The notes under the pieces: model-generated
Told to the model about the DNA's origin: nothing
Seen by the model: the letters and a program-made list of their open reading frames with translations, nothing else
Database searches by the model: none
Position numbers and translations under genes: made by a program
Part shown: piece after piece, positions 1 to 10,900 of the stretch
Layout of the letters: every line of letters begins with the position of its first letter
How positions within the stretch are numbered: position 1 is the stretch's first letter
Assembly: GCA_964016885.1 (NCBI GenBank)
Contig: OZ024740.1
Span: 235,786,001-235,850,000 of the forward strand
Direction of reading: 5' to 3'
Length of the DNA: 64,000 bases
DNA from: Eledone cirrhosa
Taxonomy: Eukaryota

Positions 1-425
1 TAGGTTAATTTTATAGTATGTCTATTAAAAATTGAGTGATATTTATGTGTTCTAGGGAAACGTTTGTCAAGAGCCTTAAAAAATAGTTTAGCAATGTGGG
101 TTTTAATATTTAGTGAGAAGGGGGGGGGGAACCATATTATATTTCTAGTTCTATTTCTTTTCCGGCTTTTGGAATTATTGTAATGTTTTCTATTATAGTT
201 GTTAAAGTTGTTACCGTAATTAAAATTGTTATTATTTTGGTTAGTTTGCCTATTATTATCGATGTACTTAATTTTATCACTATATCCTGCTCTAGCTGAC
301 GCTTCATTGTAATACTGCGCTTTTTCGTCGAAAATGTTTTTATTAGATGAAATTCTTGAGATACGTTCTTGAACAGAGTTCACTATAGTATTTTTAACAG
401 ATCTGGGGTGATTAGAGTTAGAATT

Positions 426-428
<3 letters not shown>
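1..428 (-). mobile_element. Penelope-like element (PLE) fragment, RT thumb/linker region
   Basis: Manual minus-strand translation gives SNSNHPRSVKNTIVNSVQERISRISSNKNIFDEKAQYYNEA..AGY and RKRNRTRNIIWF.PPFSLNIKTHIAKLFFKALDKRFPRTHKYHSIFNRHTIKLTY. These match the PLE motifs SNHP..I, IIWFNPP(F/Y)S and HKIFN.NT.K.SY. Bounded by (TA)n at ~430. Confidence 0.85.
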
Positions 429-460
<32 letters not shown>

Positions 461-504
461 TTGCGAGGTTTTTTATATGAAATCGTGTGTCGAAACAAAT
501 ATTG

Positions 505-550
505 TTATACTGACGATGTTGCAGATATGCAATGAAAGAACTTTGATAAA
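505..550 (+). ncRNA. Degenerate minimal hammerhead-like motif (PLE/retrozyme terminus)
   Basis: CTGACGA(510-516)-T-GTTGCA-GATA-TGCAAT-GAAA-GAACTTT-GATAA, with TTAT upstream able to pair ATAA. Lies between two (TA)n tracts. Confidence 0.5.
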
Positions 551-744
551 CTATATATATGTGTTTGTGTCTATATTGTATCTGTATTATTTTTGACTGT
601 TGGTCAGTCAATGGCAACATTGAGGACCGAATAAATTAGATTACCGATATAAAAGACACAGAAGCGAAAAGCGAAAACCAACCAAACAGTGAGTGTGTTC
701 TGTTATTAATTCTGGCAATATTACACAAATATGACCCTCCCCAA

Positions 745-895
<151 letters not shown>

Positions 896-909
896 TAATA
901 GAATGGCTA

Positions 910-1005
910 TCTGCAGAGTATCCATCTACCAGACTCCATTCACAGGCATTGATTAACCTAAGGTTACAGAAGACACTTGTTTAAAGTGCCACACAGTGAG
1001 ATCAT
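910..1005 (-). mobile_element. Degenerate tRNA/CORE-type SINE fragment (octopus OR-like)
   Basis: GAAGACACTTG..AAAGTGCCACACAGTG.GAT pattern; related copies at ~42290-42410 (+) and ~60855-60990 (-). Confidence 0.5.
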
Positions 1006-1466
1006 ATTTATCTATATGTATGTGTGTATGGTTGATAAATGTGTGAATATATTAGTAAATTGCACATATGTGTGCACAATTAATCTATCTGTTTACCTTG
1101 TACACCACACTTCCTGTTATGTTAGAGTATTTTTGTGTGTTTTAGTATATGTGTAAATATATTTGACCAGACATATTGACAGATTGAGAAATAAATAGAC
1201 ATATAGATGAATTGATGGATGGATGAATAGCTAGATAAGTGGATAAATTGAAAGAGATGGCTAGATAGATAGAAAAACAGACAAACAAAAGGACACAAAG
1301 ACTTCTTTCCATCATGATGATAATGATCATCATCATCTTCATAATTTTACATCCATTTTCCATCTTATTTGAAATAACTGCCTTCCAAGATGAGTCAGGG
1401 ACTTATGTTCTACATTTACATTCCAGTTTTAGAATGGCTTCTATGGCTGGATACTCTTTCTAACAC

Positions 1467-3075
1467 TTTCTAGCCCTGGGTGGCTTGGCTGAGATGGTAG
1501 TTGAGGACCTTCGGTTAATCATTCCAGCTCTAAAACTCATCGGACTTGAGATCAACCCATCCAAATCCGAGGTGATAAATGTTAGCTACAAAGAGCTGAA
1601 TTCCACGATGCTATACTCAGCATCCATCTCGTCTTGTCCAGAGCTTGGCTAATGCCCAAAGACGCCACCTGCATTCTTGGCTATCCAATTCTCTTGAAAG
1701 CCACAAGAGAGTGCTTGGAGACCAAGCACACAGACCTGTCCTGAATGGCAGAGAGGCTGCACCTCATGAACACTCAACTAGCACTCTTCCTCTTGAGTAA
1801 CTGCTTCACCCTCTCCAAATTCTTGTTCACGCTGTGTGGTGCACCTTGTCACCCCCTTCCAGATCCTTTCAGTCAACTTGATGCCACCATCCGACGCTGT
1901 GCAGAAACCATCTGCAATGTCAGTTTCAACAGCGCCGGCTGGCAACAGGTAAAGATCCTAGCATGGTTTGGTGGCTTCACCTTTCGATCTGCTTTGGATT
2001 TGGCACTACTGGTCTACCTTTCCTCAATCTCCTCCAGTCGCACTCTTGTCAGCGAGGTCCTCAGCAAGATGGTTGAACCTGTTGTGGTCTCAGAGCTTGA
2101 GCAGGCTCTGTTTGACTGGACAGGCGAAGGCTTCTCTGTCTCCCAGTATAAAAATGTCCAATGTAACTGGGACATCAAATGCAGGTCTTACTTCAGGCAG
2201 ATCGAGTGTGGCTTGGACCAACACCACCTTGCCAACCTCCAATCCACTTTGCAGCCAAACAATTGTCCATGACTCAATTCGGTGCCCTCCTCATCAACCG
2301 GTACCCATTCTGAGGTTGTCGTTGTTTGGCCTGCACCCACCGCCATGACGCCAAATCACAGGCCGGTTCTCCCGACACCCAGCTCCCTCTCAATGACACA
2401 TTGAGAGGGAGCTGGGATGCAACTGGCTTCCTATCACAACTGGAGCCAGCAGGCCTAGACCGCAGAGATTGGCAAGCGCTCCGATGGAATTACCATCTTC
2501 CCATTTGAAGGAGGTAGATCCCTCATCTGGGACACCACATGTTGCTACATGTTCTCCACCTCCACAAACCTGGTACAGTGGCCTGCAATGCAGAGAAAGG
2601 AATATAAACAAATGCCAGTGCTTGTCCAGCCACTTCCTCTTCACACTGGATGGCGTTGAGACCTCAGGCATCCTCTGACTCCTTAGTGCTGAGCTTGTCT
2701 GCAAGATTGGAACATCACCAGCTCATTTGAGGAAGGAGCCCTGTGAGGTGGGGTGGCTGTTGCAGCGTGTGTCGCTGGCCATTGTCTGCAGAAATGCCTT
2801 TGCAGCTTTGTCTGCTGGGTGCATCCCCAACATCACTGCGCCCTAGGCCCATCACCCTCTCCCCTCCCCTTCTTTTTCTTCTGTGGCCCTAGAGTCCTTG
2901 CTTTTTCCCTCCTTTTTCTCTCATTTATGGCATTTATAGTCCTTCCCTCTACTTTCGCGTACAGCCAGATCTGCCCTTCCCTATCCCTTCCCTTTTACTC
3001 ATTACTTAATTTTGCTTTTATCTTTCTTTTTCATATTTAAATCAACTTTGTGAATAAAAGTCTCCTGTTTGATAC
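1467..3075 (+). mobile_element. 5'-truncated, frameshifted CRE-like non-LTR retrotransposon (RT C-terminus + restriction-like endonuclease)
   Basis: Fragments across frames: ALGG..E.VVEDL..I.P.LKLIGLEINPSKSEVI; GRFSRH; LNDTL; LEPAGLDRRD/GKRSDGITIFPFEGGRSLIWDTTC (RLE PD..D motif); WLLQRVSLAIVCRNA. Pyrimidine-rich 3'UTR with AATAAA at ~3053. Confidence 0.8.
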
Positions 3076-3244
3076 TGTTTACAGAATGTACTGGGTGTAT
3101 TTTGTGAAGGAGAAAGGTTCTTTTCTCCTTCACAAAACTAAAGAGTCTTCTTTACTCTATGTTGATGCTGTTCAATAATTAATCATTTTCAAGGCTAAAG
3201 AGTTTATATTATACAGTCTATATTCTTTCAAGCCAAACAGGACC

Positions 3245-3450
3245 ATTATCACCATCATCATCATCACCATTTAACATCCATTTTTCCACGTTAGCATAGG
3301 TTAGATGACCTTGTGTTGCTCATGCAGGACTGTTTCTGGCTTGGTTTCTACATTTGGATGCCCTTTCTAATGCCAACCACATTTACTTTGTATACTGGGT
3401 ACTTTTCATTGTGATTCCTACACAACCACTTCACAGTGTAGGACTGGGTG
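3245..3450 (-). mobile_element. RTE LINE 3' tail fragment
   Basis: (ATC)n, then TTTTCCACGTTAGCATAGG and GGATGCCCTTTCTAATGCCAACCAC, as in the tails of coding RTE copies in this window. Confidence 0.75.
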
Positions 3451-3599
3451 CTGGGGTGGGGGAGATGTGTGGGAATTGGGGAGGTAGATCTGTGTGTGTG
3501 TGTGTGTGTAAACATGAATGGACCTGTTATTTTTATCTAAAGACATTTTTTCCAATTCCACCCCACCTGTCCCTTCAATCTATCTTATTTCTCATTCTT

Positions 3600-3636
3600 T
3601 CTTCTGATGAAGCACCAGCATCCGAAACGTTAAGAC
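3600..3636 (+). ncRNA. Minimal type I hammerhead-like motif in a PLE-type terminus
   Basis: TCTT-CTGATGA-AGCACCAGCATCC-GAAACGTT-AAGA: stem I TCTT/AAGA and palindromic ACGT stem III; stem II is poorly paired. Confidence 0.55.
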
Positions 3637-3749
3637 TCTTTTCCTGCTATTTCAAGCGTTAACCTAATATATTCTTTCCATATATTGTAGCGATTGTGTT
3701 GTTATTTCTGTTTACCTTTTACATAAATATATATATATATATACACATA

Positions 3750-4001
3750 TATTGGAATTTTGTATTTCTAAAGAAATACGGTATGTTTATAAATAAACAT
3801 TTAGAAATCCGTAGCAGAAACACCAGCTGCTATCGCCACCTGGCAGTGGCCAACAGAAGCAAGGGGGGACAATCGTTGATGCATTTCGAACTGAACTGGT
3901 TCTCAGGTGGCGATAGCTGCTGGTGTTTTTGCATAGCTACGGCTTTCTAAATGTTTATTTATAAATATACCGTATTTCTTTAGAAATACGAAATTCCAAT
4001 A
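3750..4001. repeat. Fold-back inverted repeat (~95-bp arms) between (TA)n tracts
   Basis: TATTGGAATTTTGTATTTCTAAAGAAATACGG...GCTATCGCCACCTG is mirrored by CAGGTGGCGATAGC...CCGTATTTCTTTAGAAATACGAAATTCCAATA. Confidence 0.9.
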
Positions 4002-4067
4002 CACATCTGTATACAGCTATGTTTGTTCAAAGCTATATTCTATTATATATATATATATATATATATA

Positions 4068-4534
4068 TAGTAAGTCCCCAACATACGAACGAGTTACGTT
4101 CCAAGAGGCCGTTTGTTAGTTGATTTGTTCGTAAGTTGATCATCTAACACAGTACGTACCAATAAACCCATATATGTTACATTGATACTGCAGGTTTCCA
4201 TATGAGTGATATATATATATATACAATATATAGAGGTATATATATAACATGTAATAATCAACTTAAATACTCTAAAGCTAATGACAATAAATTGTTAAAG
4301 AAAAACAATATATTTTCAATTCTGTGGAAGCAGAATGGTATCTCATACTGTAGGTATGAGTTTGACTTGTTTTTATGCTGCAGAAGAAGGAACCCTATTT
4401 TTATGCTGCAAAAGAAGGAACCCGGGGGTCGAAAAAAACAAATTTCAAACTCAGACAAAATTTTTTTTTTCTATGTGAGACTGTTCATATCTGCAGAAGT
4501 TCATAAGTAGGATGTTTGTAAGATGGGGACTTAC

Positions 4535-4536
<2 letters not shown>
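4068..4536. mobile_element. Non-autonomous Tc1/mariner-superfamily (Tigger/pogo-like) MITE
   Basis: TIRs AGTAAGTCCCCAACATACGAAC ... GTTTGTAAGATGGGGACTTACTG, inserted in (TA)n. Confidence 0.75.
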
Positions 4537-4584
<48 letters not shown>

Positions 4585-5149
4585 TATAGAGAAAAGATGA
4601 AATTGGAAATAGCACGGAAAATATATTTAAGTGTCTGCTTTTCTTTTCTTTTTTCCTTTCTTTGATTCATCAAAGTGACATTATTGAAAAATGAGAGGGA
4701 CAATTCTTTTAAAAAAGAGGTTTATAATGTATATAAAGTATATAAAGTATAACCGCTTTGGATGTATCAGAAAAATTCATCTTATCAAATGTTGAGTATT
4801 ACAATTAAAAAGAATTAATAAGAATTAAAAACGAAAAATTAAAGATTTAAAATTAAGTGTTGAGGTAAGTTTTTTCCATCTTCCCTGTTGAGGAAGATGG
4901 AAGGAAGATGAAAAAAACTTACCTTAACACTTAATTTTAAATCTTTAATTTTTCGTTTAGATAAGATGAATTTTACTAATACATCGAAACCGGTTATACT
5001 TTATATACTTTATATACATTATAAAACTCTTTTTTAAAAGAACGGTCCCTCTCATTTTTTCAATAATGTCACTTTGACGAATCAAAGAAAGGAAAACAGA
5101 CCCTTAAATATGTTTTCCATGCTATTTCCAATTTCACCTTTTCTCTATA
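4585..5149. repeat. ~560-bp imperfect palindrome (PLE-type inverted terminus)
   Basis: Arms mirror about ~4890 and the left arm has an extra ~45 bp. The right arm contains AAGATG..CATC-GAAACCGGTTA (4963-4996), a hammerhead 3'-half-like motif, and continues as an unpaired tail to (TA)n. Confidence 0.85.
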
Positions 5150-5311
5150 ACCACTGTTTTGTATAGAACCTTACCTCCCTTTTCAAATGTAAACATATAT
5201 ATATTTATTTGGGTGTGTATGTAATATATAATATATATATATCTATTATAAAGTGAAATAACAGGAGGCCAAATATGTTGAATTTCCTTAATTTTTTTTA
5301 TTTTTGCAAAC

Positions 5312-5371
5312 ACTCACCTGCACATTTCAGTGGCCAGGTTGCGTAAGAATCCGGTGACCTCATCAGGTGTA
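5312..5371 (-). ncRNA. Hammerhead-like motif
   Basis: Minus strand: ACAC-CTGATGA-GGTCACCGG..CCTGGCCACT-GAAA-TGTGCA-GGTG, followed by AATAAA. Confidence 0.5.
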
Positions 5372-5502
5372 AATTGCGTAATAGATGTATACCAACAAAA
5401 CAATGGTAAACTTTAAAGAAACAAGCAAAGAAAAAACAGAGAGGAAAAGGTGTGTGTTTATGTTTTTGACTCGGAGATGGATATAGTAGTATGCTGCCAC
5501 AT

Positions 5503-5549
<47 letters not shown>

Positions 5550-5771
5550 AAATGGGGAGAAGAATACTGCAGGTTGCACATGGATAACATGTAATAAAAT
5601 AAGTCCCTCATCAGTGATTTGCTGACGATCATAGATATTTCATTGCATTAAAAATCATATACCTCACGTCGATGCAATAATAACTAAATTAAGTTATTAG
5701 GACAATTAAAACGCGTAAAGCGAGTGAGACAAGATAACAACAAAGAGGAGAGCTATATATATATATATATT

Positions 5772-7063
5772 CAGGGTGCGGATGATATTTGTTTGCAAGA
5801 TTATTGTCTAGGAAAAAAATAACACAGTAGTTTTATTTTTTAAGATATATTTATCAAACTTGGGTCAGTTTGTCTTCATGAATTGTTCTTTCGATCTCAC
5901 TCAATAAACCCACCATTGGCTTTGATGACGACCTCAAGGCGGCCTTGGAACCGGCTACAGGCCTTCGTCACTGTTCCCCGACTTAGGCCCCTAAAGGCAC
6001 CTGTGATCCTGGCCTTCAGATCGTCTTTCGTATTGCAGCTAGATCTGTTGGTGGCTCGTTCCACTGCGCCGCACACAAAGAAGTCGAGGAGGTTGCAGTC
6101 AGGCGAGCTGGGAGGCCAGATTTCAGGTGAAGTGTGGTCGGCAAAGTTCTCTGACAGCCAGGCTTGGGTCTTTCAGCTGGTATGGCAGGGTGCTGAGTCT
6201 TGCTGCTACACGTACGGCCTACCTGCAGCTACCTGGTCGATCCAGGGCTTTACTACCTCACTCAGAACGCGGATATAGCCATCGGTGTTCAGCTTGAGGC
6301 CCTCAGGGAAGAAGTGAGGTGGCATAACGCCACCGTCACTGCTGACGACACCTAAGACCAATGTTGTCACTGGAAATTTGTCTGCATGACTCTGGGCACG
6401 TCTTTGGATGAGACAGTGAGCCACCTGTTGTTCTGGGAGTTGATCTTCTGGTCTTGGCAGAAGTTTTTCTCGTCGGAGAAAAACCACAGCATTTCTGGCT
6501 CCAGTGGGTGTTTCAACTTGTTGATCAGCTTCTTTGCATGCTTCAGTCGCTTTTCTTGCATCACCTTTGACAGAAATTGTCCTTTCCTCATCTTGTATGA
6601 AACGTAGCGAATGTCTTCATGTACCACCAGCCTAATGAGCTTTTCATCCACGCCTTTCTCCCTTGCAATGGCACGCATCGACTTGCTAGGTTCATTGTCG
6701 ATGAGATCCTGAACTTCAGCAATGAACTCGGGCGTTCTGAAGGCGTCAGATCGTCGATCATGTTTTCCTCTCTGATGTTGCTTCGTAGTCGAATCCTGAA
6801 TCTTCCAATTCCTTTCTGACCTTTTCCACCATTCTCCTGCTGACGCTGAGAAAGTGTGAAATTTCCTTATTTGTCCTCCCAGCGCGGATTCCAAGAAGAA
6901 CTGTGTCTCTTCCACAAATTTGGAGGTTCAAAATTATTCATAATCAATTATTCTGAAAATAAATAATGGAAATATAGTAACTGTTTTTATGAAAACAAGA
7001 GTGACAACAGAAGTAAAAAAAAATTGCATAGAATTAGCAGTTGAAAATATCGTCCACACCCTG
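5772..7063 (-). mobile_element. Tc1/mariner DD37D (maT/Bmmar1-like) transposon, full length, pseudogenised transposase
   Basis: TIRs CAGGGTGCGGATGATATTT / AAATATCGTCCACACCCTG in TA context. Motifs WFFSDEKNF, QQDSAPCH and WPPSSPDCNLLD with 37 residues between D2 and D3. Frameshifts and stops present. Confidence 0.92.
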
Positions 7064-7369
7064 TATATGTATATATAGAAATATATATATATATATAGAC
7101 TTCTGTCAAGACCAGAAAAAAACAAAACAAAAAAACAACATAAGATAATTATTTGATTTACCAGTGGTTATCTTATGTTGTTTATTACATAACTAATAAG
7201 CTCTGTAACCTACATAGAGCACTCTTTATTCCTGTACCTTTCCGACGGAATTACTTCACATATATATATATATACAGTAATAATAATAAATGTGAAGACT
7301 AAAATCCAAAGAGGGCTCGATAAGGATAAATATATATCAAATATATAAGAACCCTAGAGCAAATATATA

Positions 7370-7440
7370 TTAAAATAGCAGATCAAAGTTTAAGCAAAGA
7401 ATCACTGCTTTCACCCTTAAACTTTAATCTGTTATTTTAA
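7370..7440. repeat. Short inverted repeat next to (TA)n
   Basis: TTAAAATAGCAGATCAAAGTTTAAG ... CTTAAACTTTAATCTGTTATTTTAA. Confidence 0.75.
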
Positions 7441-7508
7441 CATATATATATATATACACTCATATATGTATATGTGCATTTGCATGCATGCACAGTAGTA
7501 TATGAGTA

Positions 7509-7540
<32 letters not shown>

Positions 7541-7904
7541 TCAACCTTTAACATATTCTTAATTGATGCCCAGTTGCTGTTTCATCCCCCATCATTTGTT
7601 ACCATGACAACAGATACCCCACAGCATATTCAGCATTTATCATACGCAAGGTGGCTTGTACATAACTCTTCACTTCTAGAATGGTTAGATGTTGGAGATG
7701 GTGGATGTTTGTGGGTGTTGGGAGTAGGTTTGAAGGTGTGGGTGTTAGAAATATGCAATGACTATTGCTATTGCCACATCCTCCCCCCTCGATAATCAGT
7801 GATAAACCATGGCATCATTGTTAACAAGCTGACATCCTTCATTAGAGCTCTGTAATTATATTGCCAGCTATTGCTGCTTTAATTAAACTGTATCGTTCTC
7901 TTCA

Positions 7905-10900
7905 GTTTGTTGTTGATATTGTTGTTGTTGTTGCTGTTGTTGGTGTTGTGTTGGTTCTGATGTTGATAGTGTTGGTGTTGTTGCTCTTGTTAGTGGTGTT
8001 AGTAGTAGCGTGGTGGTGGTGGTGGTGGTGGTAGTTGTTATGGTGGTGGTGGTGGTTGTTGTTATGGTGGTGATGGTGGTGGTAGTGGTTGTTATGGCGG
8101 TGGTGGTGATGGTAGTGGTGGTGGTGGTGGTGATGGTAGTGGTGGTGGTGGTGGTGATGGTAGTGGTGGTGGTGGTGGTAGTTGTTATGGTGGTGGTGGT
8201 GGTTGTTATGGCGGTGGTGGTGGTAGTGGTTGTTATGGCGGTGATGGTAGTGGTGCTGGTGGTTGTTATGGTGGTGGTGGTGGTGGTAGTTGTTATGGTG
8301 GTGGTGGTGGTTGTTATGGCGGTGGTGGTGATGGTGGTGGTGGTGGTTGTTATGGTGGTGGTGGTGATGGTAGTGGTGGTGGTGGTGGTGATGGTGGTGG
8401 TGGTGGTGGTGGTGGTTGTTATGGTGGTGGTGGTGATGGTAGTGGTGGTGGTGGTGGTAGTTGTTATGGTGGTGGTGGTGGTTGTTATGGCGGTGGTGGT
8501 GATGGTGGTGGTAGTGGTTGTTATGGTGGTGGTGGTGATGGTGGTGGTGGTGGTGGTTGTTGTGGTGGTGGTGGTGGCGGTTGTTATGGTGGTATTGTTG
8601 CTGTTGTTGTTGATACTGTTGTTGTCGGCGTTGTGTTGGTTCTGATATTGATATTGTTGGTGTTGTTGTTGCCCTTATTAGTGGTGCTAGTAGTAGTGTA
8701 GGTTGTGGTATTGGTGGTGGTGGTAGTGATGGTGATGGTGGTGGTGGTAGTGATGGTGATGGTGGCGGTGATGGTGGTATTGTTGCTGTTGTTGGTGGTG
8801 GTGGTGGCAGTGGTCGTGATGGTGGTGGTGGTGGTGGCAGTGGTCGTGATGGTGGTGGTGGTGGTGGCAGTGGTCATGATGCTGGTGGTGGTGGTGGTGG
8901 CAGTGGTCGTGATGGTGGTGGTGGCAGCAGTGGTCGTGATGGTGGTGGTGGTGGTGGTGGTGGCAGTGGTCGTGATGGTGGTGGTGGCAGTGGTCATGAT
9001 GCTGGTGGTGGTGGTGGTGGTGGCAGTGGTCGTGATGCTGGTGGTGGTGGTGGTGGTGGTGGCAGTGGTCGTGGTGGTGGTGGTGTGGTGGTGGTGGTGG
9101 CAGTGGTCGTGATGGTGGTGGTGGTGGTGGCGGTGGTGGTTATGGTGGTATTGTTGCTGTTGTTGATATTGCTGCTGTTGTTAATGGTAGTGGTGGTGGT
9201 GGTGGTGGCGGTGGTGATGGTAGTAGTACTGTTGTTGTTGTTGTTGTTGCTACTGGTGTTGTTGATGATATTGTTGCAGTTGTTAGTTGTAGTAGTAGTA
9301 TCATTGCTGTAGTTGTTGTTGTAGTTGTTGTAGTTGTTGATATTAGTGTTGTTGTTATTGTTAATGATGATGATGGTATTGTTGGTGTTGCTGTTGTTCG
9401 TCGTTGTGGTGGCGGTCCTGTTGATGGTGGTGGTGGTGGTAAATGGTGATGGTGTTGTTGTTGTTGGTATTGTTGTTGGTGTTGTAGTTAGTGTTGTTGT
9501 TGGTGTTGGTGTTATTGTTGTTGTTTGGTGTTGTTATTGTTGTTGTAGTTAGTGTTGTTGTTTGATGTGGTTGTTGTTGTTGTTGTAGTTAGTGTGGTTG
9601 GTGTCGGTGTTGTTGTTGTAGTTAGTGTTGTTGTTTGATGTGGTTGTTATTGTTGTTGTAGTTAGTGTTGTTGTTTGATGTGGTTGTTGTTGTTGTTGTA
9701 GTTAGTGTGGTTGGTGTTGGTGTTGTTATTGTTGTTGTAGTTAGTGTTGTTGTTTGATGTGGTTGTTATTGTTGTTGTAGTTAGTGTTGTTGTTTGATGT
9801 GGTTGTTATTGTTGTTGTAGTTAGTGTTGTTGTTTGATGTGGTTGTTATTGTTGTTGTAGTTAGTGTGGTTGGTGTTGGTGTTGTTATTGTTGTTGTAGT
9901 TAGTGTTGTTGTTTGATGTGGTTGTTATTGTTGTTGTAGTTAGTGTGGTTGGTGTTGGTGTTGTTATTGTTGTTGTAGTTTGTGTTGTTGTTGTTGGTGT
10001 TGTTATTGTTGTTGTAGTTAGTGTTGTTGTTTGGTGTGGTTGTTATTGTTGTTGTAGTTAGTGTTGTTGTTTGATGTGGTTGTTGTTGTTGTTGTAGTTA
10101 GTGTGGTTGGTGTTGGTGTTGTTATTGTTGTTGTAGTTAGTGTTGTTGTTTGATGTGGTTGTTGTTGTTGTTGTAGTTAGTGTGGTTGGTGTTGGTGTTG
10201 TTATTGTTGTTGTAGTTTGTGTTGTTGTTTGATGTGGTTGTTGTTGTTGTTGTAGTTAGTGTTGTTGTTTGATGTGGTTGTTATTGTTGTTGTAGTTAGT
10301 GTTGTTGTTTGATGTGGTTGTTGTTGTTGTTGTAGTTAGTGTTGTTGGTGTTGTTATTGTTGTTGTAGTTAGTGTTGTTGTTTGATGTGGTTGTTATTGT
10401 TGTTGTAGTTAGTGTGGTTGGTGTTGGTGTTGTTATTGTTGTTGTAGTTTGTGTTGTTGTTTGATGTGGTTGTTATTGTTGTTGTAGTTAGTGTGGTTGG
10501 TGTTGGTGTTGTTATTGTTGTTGTAGTTTGTGTTGTTGTTTGATGTGGTTGTTGTTGTTGTTGTAGTTAGTGTTGTTGTTTGATGTGGTTGTTATTGTTG
10601 TTGTAGTTAGTGTTGTTGTTTGATGTGGTTGTTATTGTTGTTGTAGTTAGTGTGGTTGGTGTTGGTGTTGTTATTGTTGTTGTAGTTAGTGTTGTTGTTT
10701 GATGTGGTTGTTATTGTTGTTGTAGTTAGTGTGGTTGGTGTTGGTGTTGTTATTGTTGTTGTAGTTTGTGTGGTTGTTGTTGGTGTTGTTATTGTTGTTG
10801 TAGTTAGTGTTGTTGTTTGGTGTGGTTGTTATTGTTGTTGTAGTTAGTGTGGTTGGTGTTGGTGTTGTTATTGTTGTTGTAGTTTGTGTTGTTGTTGTTG

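Noticed and set aside
5883-6278. Plus-strand ORFs over the maT and RTE elements (also 29612-29815 and 33103-33918)
   Set aside because: Antisense shadows of the transposase and RT frames
8010-9552. Long poly-Val/poly-Thr ORFs that look like membrane or mucin proteins
   Set aside because: Pure translation of (GTG)n repeats; no splice or domain evidence
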